Part shown: piece by piece, positions 9,716 to 19,141 of the stretch
How positions within the stretch are numbered: position 1 is the first letter of the stretch
Layout of the letters: each line of letters opens with the position of its first letter
NCBI GenBank assembly: GCA_000146465.1
Contig: CP001950.1
DNA: 64,000 nt
Reading direction: 5' to 3' (one strand)
The notes under the pieces: model-generated
Databases searched by the model: none
Seen by the model: only the letters and a program-made list of their open reading frames with translations
What the model was told of the DNA's origin: nothing
Position numbers and translations under genes: made by a program

Positions 9716-10171
9716 TTAGATCTCGACAGCTGTCTTGCAGAAGAGAATATCCTTGACCCATCCAACACGAGGGAAGTAGCATCCCCGAAGCTCGAAGCAG
9801 GGCTTGTCGGAAAGATCCCCAGCTATGTCGTATGTGCTTCTAAACACCCCCCTAAGCTTCTGGGGATCGTTCCACCCAACAATTCTACTCCAGATTATCT
9901 CCGACTTGTCTGTTCTCCCTCCATAAATGGCTCTTACATACACAAATACCTGCTTGAGGTTGAAGTGAAATTGGCTCGAGAGGTCGATGCTCGGCTCAAA
10001 AAGAACCACCTGTGTTCTTCCATAGGCCTTGTACTCTCTTATTCGCAGGTCAGACACAGGCGGCGCCTTCGTTACAAAGAACGAAAATAGAAACACAGAC
10101 AAAAGAAGAATGACTGTGGGGTTGAATGTAAACGATACCAATGCGCTGAGTCTCTTACCTGCTGTTTTCAT
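9716..10171 (-). CDS. SPC3: signal peptidase complex subunit 3 (SPC22/23)
   Basis: N-terminal TM, then NLKQVFVYVRAIYGG....EIIWSRIVGWNDPQKLRG matching the SPCS3 core (NVKQLFLYLSAEY...VVLWDKIV). Start set at the internal Met (MKTAGKRL). Confidence 0.6.
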   Translation of the reverse strand: MKTAGKRLSALVSFTFNPTVILLLSVFLFSFFVTKAPPVSDLRIREYKAYGRTQVVLFEPSIDLSSQFHFNLKQVFVYVRAIYGGRTDKSEIIWSRIVGWNDPQKLRGVFRSTYDIAGDLSDKPCFELRGCYFPRVGWVKDILFCKTAVEI

Positions 10172-10315
10172 GGGGTAAATAAAATAATTCAAAAAAGCTG
10201 AGCCTGGGCCTTCCATAGACGGCCTTATTGGGAAATACAGGTCTCGGCACTCCTAGATTAATCAATACATTTATTGACTGGGAAACAATTTATCCGAAGA
10301 TTTTGGAATCTGTAA

Positions 10316-10840
10316 TTAATTTCCTATCTGGGGATATGATATATAGCTCAACACCAGCCACAAAATGTACTTGATAGGAACATTCCAGTTACTAACTATC
10401 TTGATCCTTGAAGGTCTTTGTGATTCTTGGTCTTTGCTACTATTGTCCTTCTTCAAATCCTTGGAGACCGACCGGGAGTTTTGGAACCATATCTGTATTG
10501 TTCTCGGAGACATGTTCAGTAAAATAGCTAGATTTTGCCTTGTATCATGCGGGGGATAGGGAGTGATTTCAAAGACTTGCTTCAAAACATAGACTTGAAC
10601 CCGTGTCTTGTACTTGTAGCCCGAAAGACCAAGGTAACTCTTATCCGATAGTCTTCGGAGCTTTATAAGTCCAAGTATTGCCTCACCTTCCATCATCCAT
10701 CTTGAGTCCTTCATCTGAGCAAATCCCTGTCTTTCGTTCATTTTATCTGATGATTTGTTCAGATAAATTAAATCGAAGGTTTTCAACGGGTTAATTACTC
10801 TGCATTGTACGGAATACAATTCCTGCCCATTTCTAATCAT
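10316..10840 (-). CDS. homeobox transcription factor
   Basis: Homeodomain helix 3: LAILLNMSPRTIQIWFQNSRSVSK, preceded by RVQVYVLKQVFEITPYPPHDTRQN. Confidence 0.7.
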   Translation of the reverse strand: MIRNGQELYSVQCRVINPLKTFDLIYLNKSSDKMNERQGFAQMKDSRWMMEGEAILGLIKLRRLSDKSYLGLSGYKYKTRVQVYVLKQVFEITPYPPHDTRQNLAILLNMSPRTIQIWFQNSRSVSKDLKKDNSSKDQESQRPSRIKIVSNWNVPIKYILWLVLSYISYPQIGN

Positions 10841-11020
10841 AATTCTGTCTTGAATTTAATTATCCTTTCCTCTCCTGCATAAAACCGCTCTAGCTAAATA
10901 CAGGACCTCCATGGCCACCGGCTACTTCCACCCAAGGCCTTCCAAGGCTTTATGTGTCTGAAAACACAATAACAAAGGTAATTGTGTCCAAGATGTATTT
11001 GATTTTTAAGTCCATCCCCA

Positions 11021-11929
11021 ATGAAAGAGCTTGTGTCCAAACTTCTGAATCTCGAGCTTCTTACAGAGATAGAAGTCGAGAATATCTGCAACAAAGTGTC
11101 TGAAATCCTCATCTGCGAGCCAAATATCCCAAACAAAAAGTCTCCAGTTATTGTCTGTGGAGACATCCACGGCCAGTTCTTTGATCTGGTGAGTTTGTTC
11201 AGGATCGACGGAGTTCCCTCGAAAAAAAGATATGTCTTCCTAGGAGATTATGTGGATAGAGGGAGAAACTCCCTTGAATGCATATTGTTTCTCTTTCTTC
11301 TGAAGATCTTGTACCCAGAGAATGTCACTCTCATAAGAGGAAATCATGAGCAGTCTACCATAAACAGGGTCTACGGATTCTACGAAGAGATCATGGAGAA
11401 GTATGGGACGCCAAGAATATGGAGGATGATCAACGAAGTGTTTAATCTTATGTGTATTGGATGTCTGATCGATGGAAGGATACTGTGTGTGCATGGAGGG
11501 ATATCACCCAAGATCACGTCACTGAACCAAATAAAAAGGCTTGACAGACTGCTTCCCATTAGGGAGGAAAGTGAGTTTGCAGACATCCTATGGGGAGATC
11601 CTTACGATGGAAAGGGCTTTCAACCTAGTCCTCGAGGAAGTGGATATCTTTACGGGGAGGACGTGGTAATAAGATTTCTTGAACTGAATGGGCTTACAAG
11701 CATTGTAAGATCACACCAACTGGTCATAGAGGGGTACAAGTTCCATTTTCCTGGGAGAAACGTGATTACTGTGTGGAGTGCTCCGAATTACATGGGAAAG
11801 TGTGGTAATCCTGCAAGTATCCTGAGGATCAACGAGACACTGGACATTTCCGATAAGGATTTCTGCATATTCAAGGCCACACCGCAGAGAAAGGAGTTTC
11901 TCACAAAGCTAGAGGGGCTTGACTTATAG
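11021..11929 (+). CDS. PPP-family Ser/Thr protein phosphatase catalytic subunit (PP2A/PP4/PP6-like)
   Basis: GDIHGQ, GDYVDRG, RGNHE, LCVHGG, and WSAPNY motifs all present in canonical order. Confidence 0.9.
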   Translation: MKELVSKLLNLELLTEIEVENICNKVSEILICEPNIPNKKSPVIVCGDIHGQFFDLVSLFRIDGVPSKKRYVFLGDYVDRGRNSLECILFLFLLKILYPENVTLIRGNHEQSTINRVYGFYEEIMEKYGTPRIWRMINEVFNLMCIGCLIDGRILCVHGGISPKITSLNQIKRLDRLLPIREESEFADILWGDPYDGKGFQPSPRGSGYLYGEDVVIRFLELNGLTSIVRSHQLVIEGYKFHFPGRNVITVWSAPNYMGKCGNPASILRINETLDISDKDFCIFKATPQRKEFLTKLEGLDL

Positions 11930-12755
11930 TAGATTGGAGGATTTCTTTATTCGCTTCATCCCATGGATGTTTAGTAGGCTCAAGAGTCCGGAGGAGGAGC
12001 GGGGAGTCGATGTTCTTAAAGGATATGCAGTGAGGACCTCCAAGCATGAAATAAAAAGGTTTCTCCGCTCCATGGAGTACAGGAGACTTCCTCGGCATCT
12101 GAAGAGAATCAAGACATGGAACGAGGATTTGCTTGTACTTGTTGATATTGTTGAGGAGTGTGATCCGATAGACTCTGTTGCCAATCTGGTTGAAGAAATG
12201 GTCAAAGAAGGGTTTGGATCTAAGCTTTCGGGGCGTAGACAAGAGTCTCTGATTGAGACAGTAAGCATTCCAAAGTATCAGCCGCTAACCGACTCCCAAT
12301 ACGTCGAAAGTGCAAAGCTCTGGCCGTGCATTAGATCGTGCAGATTTGAGGAAGAACTAGATGATGATTATATTGGAAGCATGGTAAGAGTTCTGAAGAC
12401 AAAAAGAAGTATGGCGATTTGTACAGGGGCCTGCATCATAGCAGATGGGAAACAAGAGCTATCGATTCATGAGGACACCGACAATGTCCTAGGACATTCG
12501 ATACTGAAAGCCGTTGAAGAGGTCAGTAAGGCCCAGATTCTCTATCTGTGCACTGGGTTTGATGCATTTATACTCAAGGAGCCCTGTTTGTCGTGTTCGA
12601 TGGCACTTGTGCACGGAAGAATTAAGAGGGTCTTCTGCCTCAAAAGGGATCCTGAAGGTCCTTTCTCGAGAATTAAGATTAACTACAACAAGAACTTGAA
12701 TCACAGATATCCTGTTTATTTTATGGATGAAACATGTGCAGATTGCCCAATGTAA
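11919..12755 (+). CDS. cytidine/adenosine deaminase-fold protein, tRNA-specific adenosine deaminase subunit TAD3-like
   Basis: HSILKAVEEV ... KEPCLSCSMALVHGRIKRVFC resembles the H(A)E...PCxxC zinc-deaminase motif of ADAT3/TAD3. Confidence 0.45.
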   Translation: MTYSRLEDFFIRFIPWMFSRLKSPEEERGVDVLKGYAVRTSKHEIKRFLRSMEYRRLPRHLKRIKTWNEDLLVLVDIVEECDPIDSVANLVEEMVKEGFGSKLSGRRQESLIETVSIPKYQPLTDSQYVESAKLWPCIRSCRFEEELDDDYIGSMVRVLKTKRSMAICTGACIIADGKQELSIHEDTDNVLGHSILKAVEEVSKAQILYLCTGFDAFILKEPCLSCSMALVHGRIKRVFCLKRDPEGPFSRIKINYNKNLNHRYPVYFMDETCADCPM

Positions 12756-12840
12756 CAACAGAATTATAATAAAAGTTTAGCTTTTCCTGTTGAAGCCTTT
12801 GCTTGGAGAAAAGACAAGGACATATATAATATTGAAGAGT

Positions 12841-13992
12841 TTAATGGACTTCGGCGACTGTTTCTGCCTTCTTTGCTCCGTAGAATGCCTTCTTCTCTGC
12901 ACTTGTCTGGAACCGCCCATGTCCTATCTTCGACGATGTGTCGACAAACTTGATCACAAGCTCCTCGCTCGGCCTCTGCTGTGTAAGACTCTTTCGAAGC
13001 GTCACAACCCTCTTCCGTGGCCCGACAACCGCCCCCTTCACCATGATGAAGTCGTTCTTCACTTCTCCATAGTGAGGGAATCCTCCCATCGGCGAAATCG
13101 CCTTCTCGGTTAGGTCAAACTCAGTCTTGATCTTGGTGCTTCCATTTCCAATCATGTACACCCTCTTGTTCTTCTCTGTTCTTCTATGGAACCCCATCTG
13201 CCCTGCTCGTGCAACAGAGTACATCACACGGCTCGGATGCCATGCTCCAATGCATGCAACCTTTCGGATCCCCTTTCGAGACTTGCGCGGCTGCTTTCGT
13301 ACTCCAAACCTCTTCACTGTTCCTTGGAATCCCTTTCCCTTCGTCACCCCAATCACATCGATGTTCTCATTCTCTCCAAACACCTCTGCAATCTGGATCT
13401 CCTTCTCAAGCCTCTCCAGAGCCCACTCAACCTTCTCGCAGATGCTTCCTCCATTCAACTGTATCTCCGCGATGTGTGCTTTCTTCAGCCCAAGTGTCTT
13501 CACCATCTCCGGCTGTGTCTGAACAAGTACTCGCACACACTCTGCCCTCTTCTTGATCTCTTCAACCCGGGACTCCGTCACTTCTCCTCGGCAGAACTGG
13601 GCCGCCGCCTCCTTCTCCATGTACTTGTTACCAAACATCCTGCGGAGAACTCCATCGTTCACATAGGATACCGTGACAATCGGGAGTCTGTGCAGTCCAG
13701 TCACAGTCCTCTCATATCCCACAATCCCATACACAACCATCGGCGGTGCTTCAACCACAGTCACTGCATCCATCACCTCCCTAGAAAGTTGCTTGTTCTT
13801 TGCAACCTGGGTCTTAGTCCTTATCACATGTGTCATCCCTGCCTTGTACCCCATAAATCCAGTCAGATGCACAGGCTGGGAGATATCGTCAGCCGGAAAC
13901 GCCCCTACAGACGGCCTGATTGTCTTCGATCTTTTCCTTGGGCAGAACTGCAAAGATCCATGTCTCGGTGCGTTGAACTTCCTGCAGCTCAT
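12841..13992 (-). CDS. RPL3: 60S ribosomal protein L3 (uL3)
   Basis: [22 protein letters not shown]...[13 protein letters not shown]...[18 protein letters not shown]...[13 protein letters not shown]. Full-length match to uL3. The annotated ATG at 13992 is preceded by the AAATTT+CCC promoter motif. Confidence 0.95.
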   Translation of the reverse strand: MSCRKFNAPRHGSLQFCPRKRSKTIRPSVGAFPADDISQPVHLTGFMGYKAGMTHVIRTKTQVAKNKQLSREVMDAVTVVEAPPMVVYGIVGYERTVTGLHRLPIVTVSYVNDGVLRRMFGNKYMEKEAAAQFCRGEVTESRVEEIKKRAECVRVLVQTQPEMVKTLGLKKAHIAEIQLNGGSICEKVEWALERLEKEIQIAEVFGENENIDVIGVTKGKGFQGTVKRFGVRKQPRKSRKGIRKVACIGAWHPSRVMYSVARAGQMGFHRRTEKNKRVYMIGNGSTKIKTEFDLTEKAISPMGGFPHYGEVKNDFIMVKGAVVGPRKRVVTLRKSLTQQRPSEELVIKFVDTSSKIGHGRFQTSAEKKAFYGAKKAETVAEVH

Positions 13993-14013
13993 TTGGCAAG
14001 GGCACAAATTTTT
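13993..14013 (-). promoter_or_regulatory. AAATTT-like + CCC core promoter motif upstream of RPL3 (aaaaatttgtgcccttgccaa-ATG); a second TTGTGCCCTTG copy lies at 14064..14074
   Basis: Read directly on the minus strand. The same architecture is found upstream of RPS3, RPS28, RPS22 and eIF5A in this window. Confidence 0.6.
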
Positions 14014-14123
14014 CCATTAACCGATCTTCTCTCGAAAAGTATCAAACAATGCTAACAACAGGCCCAAGGGCACAATTGAGTGTACTCCCAACCACTTGAT
14101 GGATAGAATTTCCTACCCTACCG

Positions 14124-14405
14124 ATGAGTTTCCATCCGGAGTACAAGGAGTATTTTAAACAAGGATCAACAGCAAAAATATACAATGGAGTGTTTGAGGA
14201 TGCAGGATTCTACGACGAGGTAGACATAAAGGAGTTCAAGTACAACAAGGAGAACAAGACATTCTATTATCCATGTCCTTGCGGGGACAACTTCGAGATA
14301 TCTCTGGAAGATCTAAAGAATGGAGAGATTGCAGCTAGATGTCCTTCTTGTTCCCTTATCATTTGCACGGTGTACGAAGCAGAGGATCTTAAGATGTATC
14401 TCTAG
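14124..14405 (+). CDS. DPH3: diphthamide biosynthesis protein 3 (DPH3/KTI11, CSL zinc finger)
   Basis: YDEVDIKEFKYNKENKTFYYPCPCGDNFEISLEDLKNGEIAARCPSCSLII is the CSL zinc-finger signature. Confidence 0.85.
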   Translation: MSFHPEYKEYFKQGSTAKIYNGVFEDAGFYDEVDIKEFKYNKENKTFYYPCPCGDNFEISLEDLKNGEIAARCPSCSLIICTVYEAEDLKMYL

Positions 14406-14498
14406 TATCTATGACACAAGGAGATGCCCTGGAAAAAAGACCCCCGACCTCAACATCCCACACCCCAAGACTTAAACCTATTGCTAAGTAAACCCAAA

Positions 14499-15248
14499 AT
14501 GGCGAAGAAACAGCAAGAGACCAAGCAAAAGTCCATCAGAGACATTCGGAAGGAGCTAGAAGAAAAGGCATTTGGGCTGAAGAACAAGAAGCAGAAGGCG
14601 GCGATTCTAAAGCAAATTGAAAGTCTTAATCTTAAGGAACAGCTTGAGAAGAAGGAAAAGATGAAGAAGGAAGAGAAGAATGTGCCTGTGAAGCAGGTGA
14701 TTCCGGTGGGCGTGGATCCCAAGACGATTCAATGCGTCAATTTTCTAAACAAGATTTGCCCGGATGGCGATGCATGTAAGTTTGCACATAAAGAAGTCAA
14801 GAAGGTTGAAAAGCCAAAAGAGGAAAATGCATCCGAAGGCCCCAAGCGCATATGCCAGTTCCTTATTGATGCTTTGAATTCTGGGGAATATGGAGACAAC
14901 TGGAAATGCCCGTTTCCAAAATGTGTTGACATCCATAGGCTTGTGGAAATCAAGGAAAATGCACAGGTGGAGCTGAGTCTTGAAGAATACATAGAACTGT
15001 CCAGGCAGTCTCTTCCGGAGAAGCTTACTCCACTAACCGAGGAAACATTCAAGCAATGGAAGCTCAGGAAGCAGAAGGAGGAGAAAGAGCATGCCAGAAA
15101 GGTCAAGGCCATAGCAACAGGGATGAAGGGAATAGAGCTGTTTGAAGCAAGGAGAGAGCTATTCAAGGATGACGAGGAGGCCGAGGACTTGGACTACACA
15201 GAAAGATGTTATTCGGAGTCTGAGGACGAGGAGGACCATTCCAAATAA
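14499..15248 (+). CDS. CCCH zinc-finger protein ZC3H15/Tma46 (DFRP1, Rbg1/DRG1 partner)
   Basis: MAKKQQETKQK...EKAFGLKNKKQKAAILKQIE matches the Tma46/ZC3H15 N-terminus. Followed by CCCH-like fingers (CVNFLNKICPDGDACKFAH; CQFLIDALNSGEYGDNWKCPF). Start placed at an internal Met. Confidence 0.65.
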   Translation: MAKKQQETKQKSIRDIRKELEEKAFGLKNKKQKAAILKQIESLNLKEQLEKKEKMKKEEKNVPVKQVIPVGVDPKTIQCVNFLNKICPDGDACKFAHKEVKKVEKPKEENASEGPKRICQFLIDALNSGEYGDNWKCPFPKCVDIHRLVEIKENAQVELSLEEYIELSRQSLPEKLTPLTEETFKQWKLRKQKEEKEHARKVKAIATGMKGIELFEARRELFKDDEEAEDLDYTERCYSESEDEEDHSK

Positions 15249-15262
15249 ATACTTTATTCTTA

Positions 15263-15649
15263 TTATTCTTCTTTGCATGGCAAAAAGTCGTCTTCGCAGC
15301 ATCCATACTCTTCTATATCGAATCCCCATTTCCTAAGGGAGAATGCTCTGAAAATTTCAACTGGATGTATGTTGTATTGTGTGTGCAATATCGATATGCA
15401 CTCGGAGACACAGTCTTTCCATCTTTCTATCACGCTTTCCAAGTCCCCATGTGTTTCTCGGAATTGCTTCATCATCCTCAACTTCCTATTGGTGTCTTTC
15501 TGAATAAACAACGGATCCTTGAACTGATCGGAATATCTTCTTTTTCTTACCGCCTCCTGCTTCTTTCCCTTGAGCTTATAGAACACTCTTCCATCCACAT
15601 GTAGCTCCCGATAGTCTTCTAAGTGCTCTGGCTTGTCAGTGGTGTACAT
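15263..15649 (-). CDS. small hypothetical protein (possible Sfr1/Mei5-like recombination mediator; weak)
   Basis: 128-aa ORF. The C-terminal KLRMMKQFRETHGDLESVIERWKDCVSECISILH loosely resembles the Mei5/Sfr1 LIxKWR...Q.A...L motif. Confidence 0.3.
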   Translation of the reverse strand: MYTTDKPEHLEDYRELHVDGRVFYKLKGKKQEAVRKRRYSDQFKDPLFIQKDTNRKLRMMKQFRETHGDLESVIERWKDCVSECISILHTQYNIHPVEIFRAFSLRKWGFDIEEYGCCEDDFLPCKEE

Positions 15650-15678
15650 CGGGGGAAGATGATTACAGAGATATTTTC

Positions 15679-16431
15679 TTGAATTCCAAGGATTTAGCTC
15701 TGTTTTGCCAGATGGCCAATGCTCTTGTTCTCTGGGAAGGACCCATTGATGAGTTCTCCCGCCAATATCAAAATGTTTTTATGGGCTGGAGGAAGCCTGA
15801 GAGGATGATGAAAAGGGTATTTCAGGACATCACAAATGTCAGTAGAAAGAACATCAAGCTGACAATCCACCGGTCATCACACAGAAGAAAACTGGTCAAA
15901 TGGCTGTACGAGGTGATGGACGACTTCGGATACTCCCAGGTCACATTCTCAACAGCAGTTTTCATCCTGGACAGATACACAGAAGTAAGAGGACTTGACC
16001 TTGGGAAGTACCAGCTGGTGGGGATCTCATCACTCTTCCTCAGTGCAAAGATAGAAGAGAAGAGGTGTAAGGAAATAGATGACTATGTTCATGTCACAGA
16101 CAACACATACTCTAGAAGAGAGATCCTAGACAAGGAGATCGAGATTCTGGAGGTGTTTGGGTTCAATCTGATGTTCAGGCTCCCTCACTCCTTTCTTAAG
16201 GAGAAGTATCTTGAGAAGATGTCCAGCGAATACACTGTGAAGCAATGCCAGGAAATATTCTTTTGTGCATTTTCGTATGTAATAGAGAAGAACATCTGTG
16301 GATCCAGTATGTATTGGATATACCTGGAAGGAATCAAGGAGGCTGAGAAGGTGCTTTCGGGGCATAAGGCAAGCGAAGACTTCAGGTTCTATCTGGAGAA
16401 CAACAGAAGGATTAAAAACATATTTATGTAG
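15679..16431 (+). CDS. cyclin (cyclin-box protein)
   Basis: Cyclin box: KLVKWLYEVMDDFGYSQVTFSTAVFILDRYT...LVGISSLFLSAKIEEK...EIDDYVHVTDNTYSRREILDKEIEIL. The track start codon is non-ATG; the true ATG may be at 15712. Confidence 0.8.
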   Translation: MNSKDLALFCQMANALVLWEGPIDEFSRQYQNVFMGWRKPERMMKRVFQDITNVSRKNIKLTIHRSSHRRKLVKWLYEVMDDFGYSQVTFSTAVFILDRYTEVRGLDLGKYQLVGISSLFLSAKIEEKRCKEIDDYVHVTDNTYSRREILDKEIEILEVFGFNLMFRLPHSFLKEKYLEKMSSEYTVKQCQEIFFCAFSYVIEKNICGSSMYWIYLEGIKEAEKVLSGHKASEDFRFYLENNRRIKNIFM

Positions 16432-16452
16432 ACTTATAAGATAAGGTTGATC

Positions 16453-17535
16453 CTATAAAAAAACATCTTTGAACAATTCACTCTCCTCCGTAGGCTTACT
16501 TTTTTTTGCAGCATCCATGTCTTTCTCAACCTCCTCGAGAACACATCTTTCCAACTCCCCAAGCTCTTCCTCAGAACGGAACTCAAGAAGACGTTTCCTT
16601 ATGTCTTCCATGCAGTCGTTCTTCCTTTCTCTATCCACTTCTTCTTTGCTTCTGTATGTTTCCTTCGAATCAACTGTAGAATGTGTGCAAAGTCTGTATG
16701 TATCGATTTGCACAATAATAGGCCCTTTCTCAGCCGAGTGTTTCCTTGCATATCCAAGTACTGATATCAGCCCAAATATATTGTTGTGTGGAACTCGAAT
16801 TCCCGGAATGCGTCCTCCTCGAAGATAGAAGTTTGTGTCTGCGCTTACACTTTCTGCAGGAGTCCACATTCCATATCTGTTGTTTTCGCACACAAAAACT
16901 ATAGGAAGCTTCCAAACCATTGCCATGTTGAAGCTCTCCCACGCCTGGCCTTGGTTTGCAGCACCGTCCCCATAAAAGACATAGGAAACCTTCCCCTTCT
17001 GACTTTTGCTCCCAAGTACTCTCTCTTTGTATTTAATTGCATATGCTATACCCACTCCAAGAGGAATCTGTGCCCCAACAATTCCATGTCCTCCAAAGAA
17101 GTGACTGTTGTACAGATGCATGGATCCTCCCTTACCTTTGGAAACTCCCCCCTGCCTTCCAAGGACCTCTTGCATTATCTCACGAGTTCTACAACCAGAA
17201 ACATATGCAATTCCATGGCATCGGTATGAAGACACAACTATGTCATCATCCATCATATACTCAAGAGCAGTGTATATCCCTTCCTGCCCAATCGAAAGGT
17301 GGCAGAATCCCCTAATATTTTCTTTTTTGTACTCTATGTCCATTAGTTTGTCTACAAATCGAATCTTCATCATCTGCTTGTAAATGTATATCATCTCCTC
17401 TATTTTGAGCTTGTGTACCATATCTATTTCCTCCTTCCGGACTTCATGAACCCTGATGGTCGCAAGGATTTCCTGAACATTACACTGTATATACTTCTCC
17501 TTCTCCATTCCTCCATAATTCTGAGATGAGTTCAA
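16453..17535 (-). CDS. PDHA: pyruvate dehydrogenase E1 component alpha subunit
   Basis: IRGFCHLSIGQEG, YRCHGIAYVSG, GGVSKGKGGSMHLY, GGHGIVGAQIPLGVGIAYA, YGDGAANQGQ, VFVCENNRYGM: the full TPP-binding E1alpha signature. Confidence 0.9.
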   Translation of the reverse strand: MNSSQNYGGMEKEKYIQCNVQEILATIRVHEVRKEEIDMVHKLKIEEMIYIYKQMMKIRFVDKLMDIEYKKENIRGFCHLSIGQEGIYTALEYMMDDDIVVSSYRCHGIAYVSGCRTREIMQEVLGRQGGVSKGKGGSMHLYNSHFFGGHGIVGAQIPLGVGIAYAIKYKERVLGSKSQKGKVSYVFYGDGAANQGQAWESFNMAMVWKLPIVFVCENNRYGMWTPAESVSADTNFYLRGGRIPGIRVPHNNIFGLISVLGYARKHSAEKGPIIVQIDTYRLCTHSTVDSKETYRSKEEVDRERKNDCMEDIRKRLLEFRSEEELGELERCVLEEVEKDMDAAKKSKPTEESELFKDVFL

Positions 17536-17544
17536 ACTTTTCTT

Positions 17545-18210
17545 GTGACAATGTTTTGTCTGATGTCATTGAGATGGCAACTAGGCCCCCAACAAATGGC
17601 CAGTCAAAGAATCCTAAGTGCAGTTGATTCGATCAATAATCTTCTAAAGGCCCTGCCATTCAGGCCGTCTGTTAGAAGATGCCACGATTCATTTGTTCCG
17701 AAAGAAATGGTTGGGCTTCTAAGAAAGAGAGCATTGGAAAGTACTCTTCCTATCCTTAAGGAAATCATAGACGGCATTAAGCTTGGACAGAAGAAGGAGG
17801 ATATCATAGATGACCGAGAAATATGTAGCAGAAGAGAATTTGCAACAGGGCAGCTCCGGCACCTGAGACTTTCCATGGAAAGTGAATTTGAAGAGGGCAG
17901 AATCAACAAGATCAAGGATCTTCTCAACGAAATCGAATATTATGAAAAAATAGGAGTGAAGCCTATCAAGAAAATAAATGTTGGAAAGGAGATGACCTTG
18001 AAGATTTTCCAAATGCTGTCCTGCAGTGGAGAAGCACCAATGGATCCCTACATCGGAGAATACCTAGGGAGGAGGATCTGTTTTTTCCATGAGTCCCCTT
18101 CGGAAATCGAAATTTCGTCTCTGAGGACAATGTTAAGGTTTCTTCAGGAGAGTGGAGGGGAGACAGCTGGAAGGAGAGGAGAGGATCAGGCTTACGAGGA
18201 TCTGGAATAA
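17545..18210 (+). CDS. hypothetical protein
   Basis: 221-aa ORF fitting tightly between neighbours. No recognisable motif. Confidence 0.35.
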   Translation: MTMFCLMSLRWQLGPQQMASQRILSAVDSINNLLKALPFRPSVRRCHDSFVPKEMVGLLRKRALESTLPILKEIIDGIKLGQKKEDIIDDREICSRREFATGQLRHLRLSMESEFEEGRINKIKDLLNEIEYYEKIGVKPIKKINVGKEMTLKIFQMLSCSGEAPMDPYIGEYLGRRICFFHESPSEIEISSLRTMLRFLQESGGETAGRRGEDQAYEDLE

Positions 18211-18265
18211 AGTTTAATATAGTCTTTCTTTTCGAATAGGCTTAGGATACAAAGCTCTAACTTGT

Positions 18266-18913
18266 TTAGCCAGCCCCGTTGACCACCACACGCTTGTTTC
18301 TTAGAGATGCTGTGTTCATTCCCACCCTTGTCTTCTCGACAAAGTTGGGTCTCTTTGGTGGTGGTGTCTCTATGTTGATTGAGGTGGCAATTCTTATGAG
18401 TATGAGGTTGAGCAGGTTCAAGCATAGCGACGGAATGGCTATGGTGATGTAGTAGTATTTGATCATTGAGATGTTCTTCATGATTATTCTAGTGCATGTC
18501 ATCTGGTTGGTGCACTCCATGAAATACAGGATTATGTTTCTGACAGATGCATTGTTGTAGAGTCTTCCTAACTGCCTGGAAACATCGGACTGGTAGCCTA
18601 TCCTAACATAAAGAAGCATTGTTATCAACATAAAAAGTAAAAGCACGCCGGTCAAAAGATACAGTTTCATGTACAGCCTGGTCTTACTATTGATTCCGCA
18701 GCTTGCAAACAATCCCAGAGTTATGTTTGCCATCGAGGTACTTCTGAATATTGTAGTCACCCCTCTGATCCCCATTCTGAGATGCTCAGACTCCATCCGT
18801 ACAAACATCAGATGAGGAATGAGGAAGAATGGTAGTGGGATGTTGATTACAATCAGTAGGACGGACACAAGTTGGCTGAGAGACCTCACGTTCTTGAATG
18901 CCGTGGTTGTCAT
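18266..18913 (-). CDS. hypothetical multi-pass membrane protein
   Basis: Several hydrophobic helices (LSQLVSVLLIVINIPLPFFLIPHL, LLTGVLLLFMLITMLLYV, YYYITIAIPSLCLNLLNLILI). Confidence 0.4.
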   Translation of the reverse strand: MTTTAFKNVRSLSQLVSVLLIVINIPLPFFLIPHLMFVRMESEHLRMGIRGVTTIFRSTSMANITLGLFASCGINSKTRLYMKLYLLTGVLLLFMLITMLLYVRIGYQSDVSRQLGRLYNNASVRNIILYFMECTNQMTCTRIIMKNISMIKYYYITIAIPSLCLNLLNLILIRIATSINIETPPPKRPNFVEKTRVGMNTASLRNKRVVVNGAG

Positions 18914-18937
18914 TGAATGTCAGGCCTCGTTGATTTT

Positions 18938-19128
18938 TAAGGCCAGGTTCTTCCAATCGGAGCTTTATGCTTTAAGGGGTCACCTTCGATTCGGCCTGGT
19001 AATAAAGGAGAATATGCTTTATCTGCTGTGTTCTTTAAGTTCTCTTCTCAAGCCCAACACATGCCCTGAAGCCCAAAATAGATGCCTTCCAGTCCTTAAG
19101 CCCAATATTACGCTATCTCAAGGCCAAC
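18938..19128. repeat. periodic T[TC]AAG[GC]CCAA-like motif array in the divergent intergenic region between 18266..18913(-) and GPI8(+)
   Basis: ttaaggccagg (18938), ttaaggggtca (18972), tcaagcccaac (19048), tgaagcccaaa (19067), ttaagcccaat (19096), tcaaggccaac (19118), spaced about 19-30 nt apart. Confidence 0.5.
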
Positions 19129-19141
19129 CCCATAGTAGGAA

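Noticed and set aside
13127-14055. Several + strand ORFs (131, 289, 115 aa) inside the RPL3 locus
   Set aside because: They overlap a full-length, highly conserved uL3 CDS on the minus strand and translate to His/Ser/Pro-rich nonsense.
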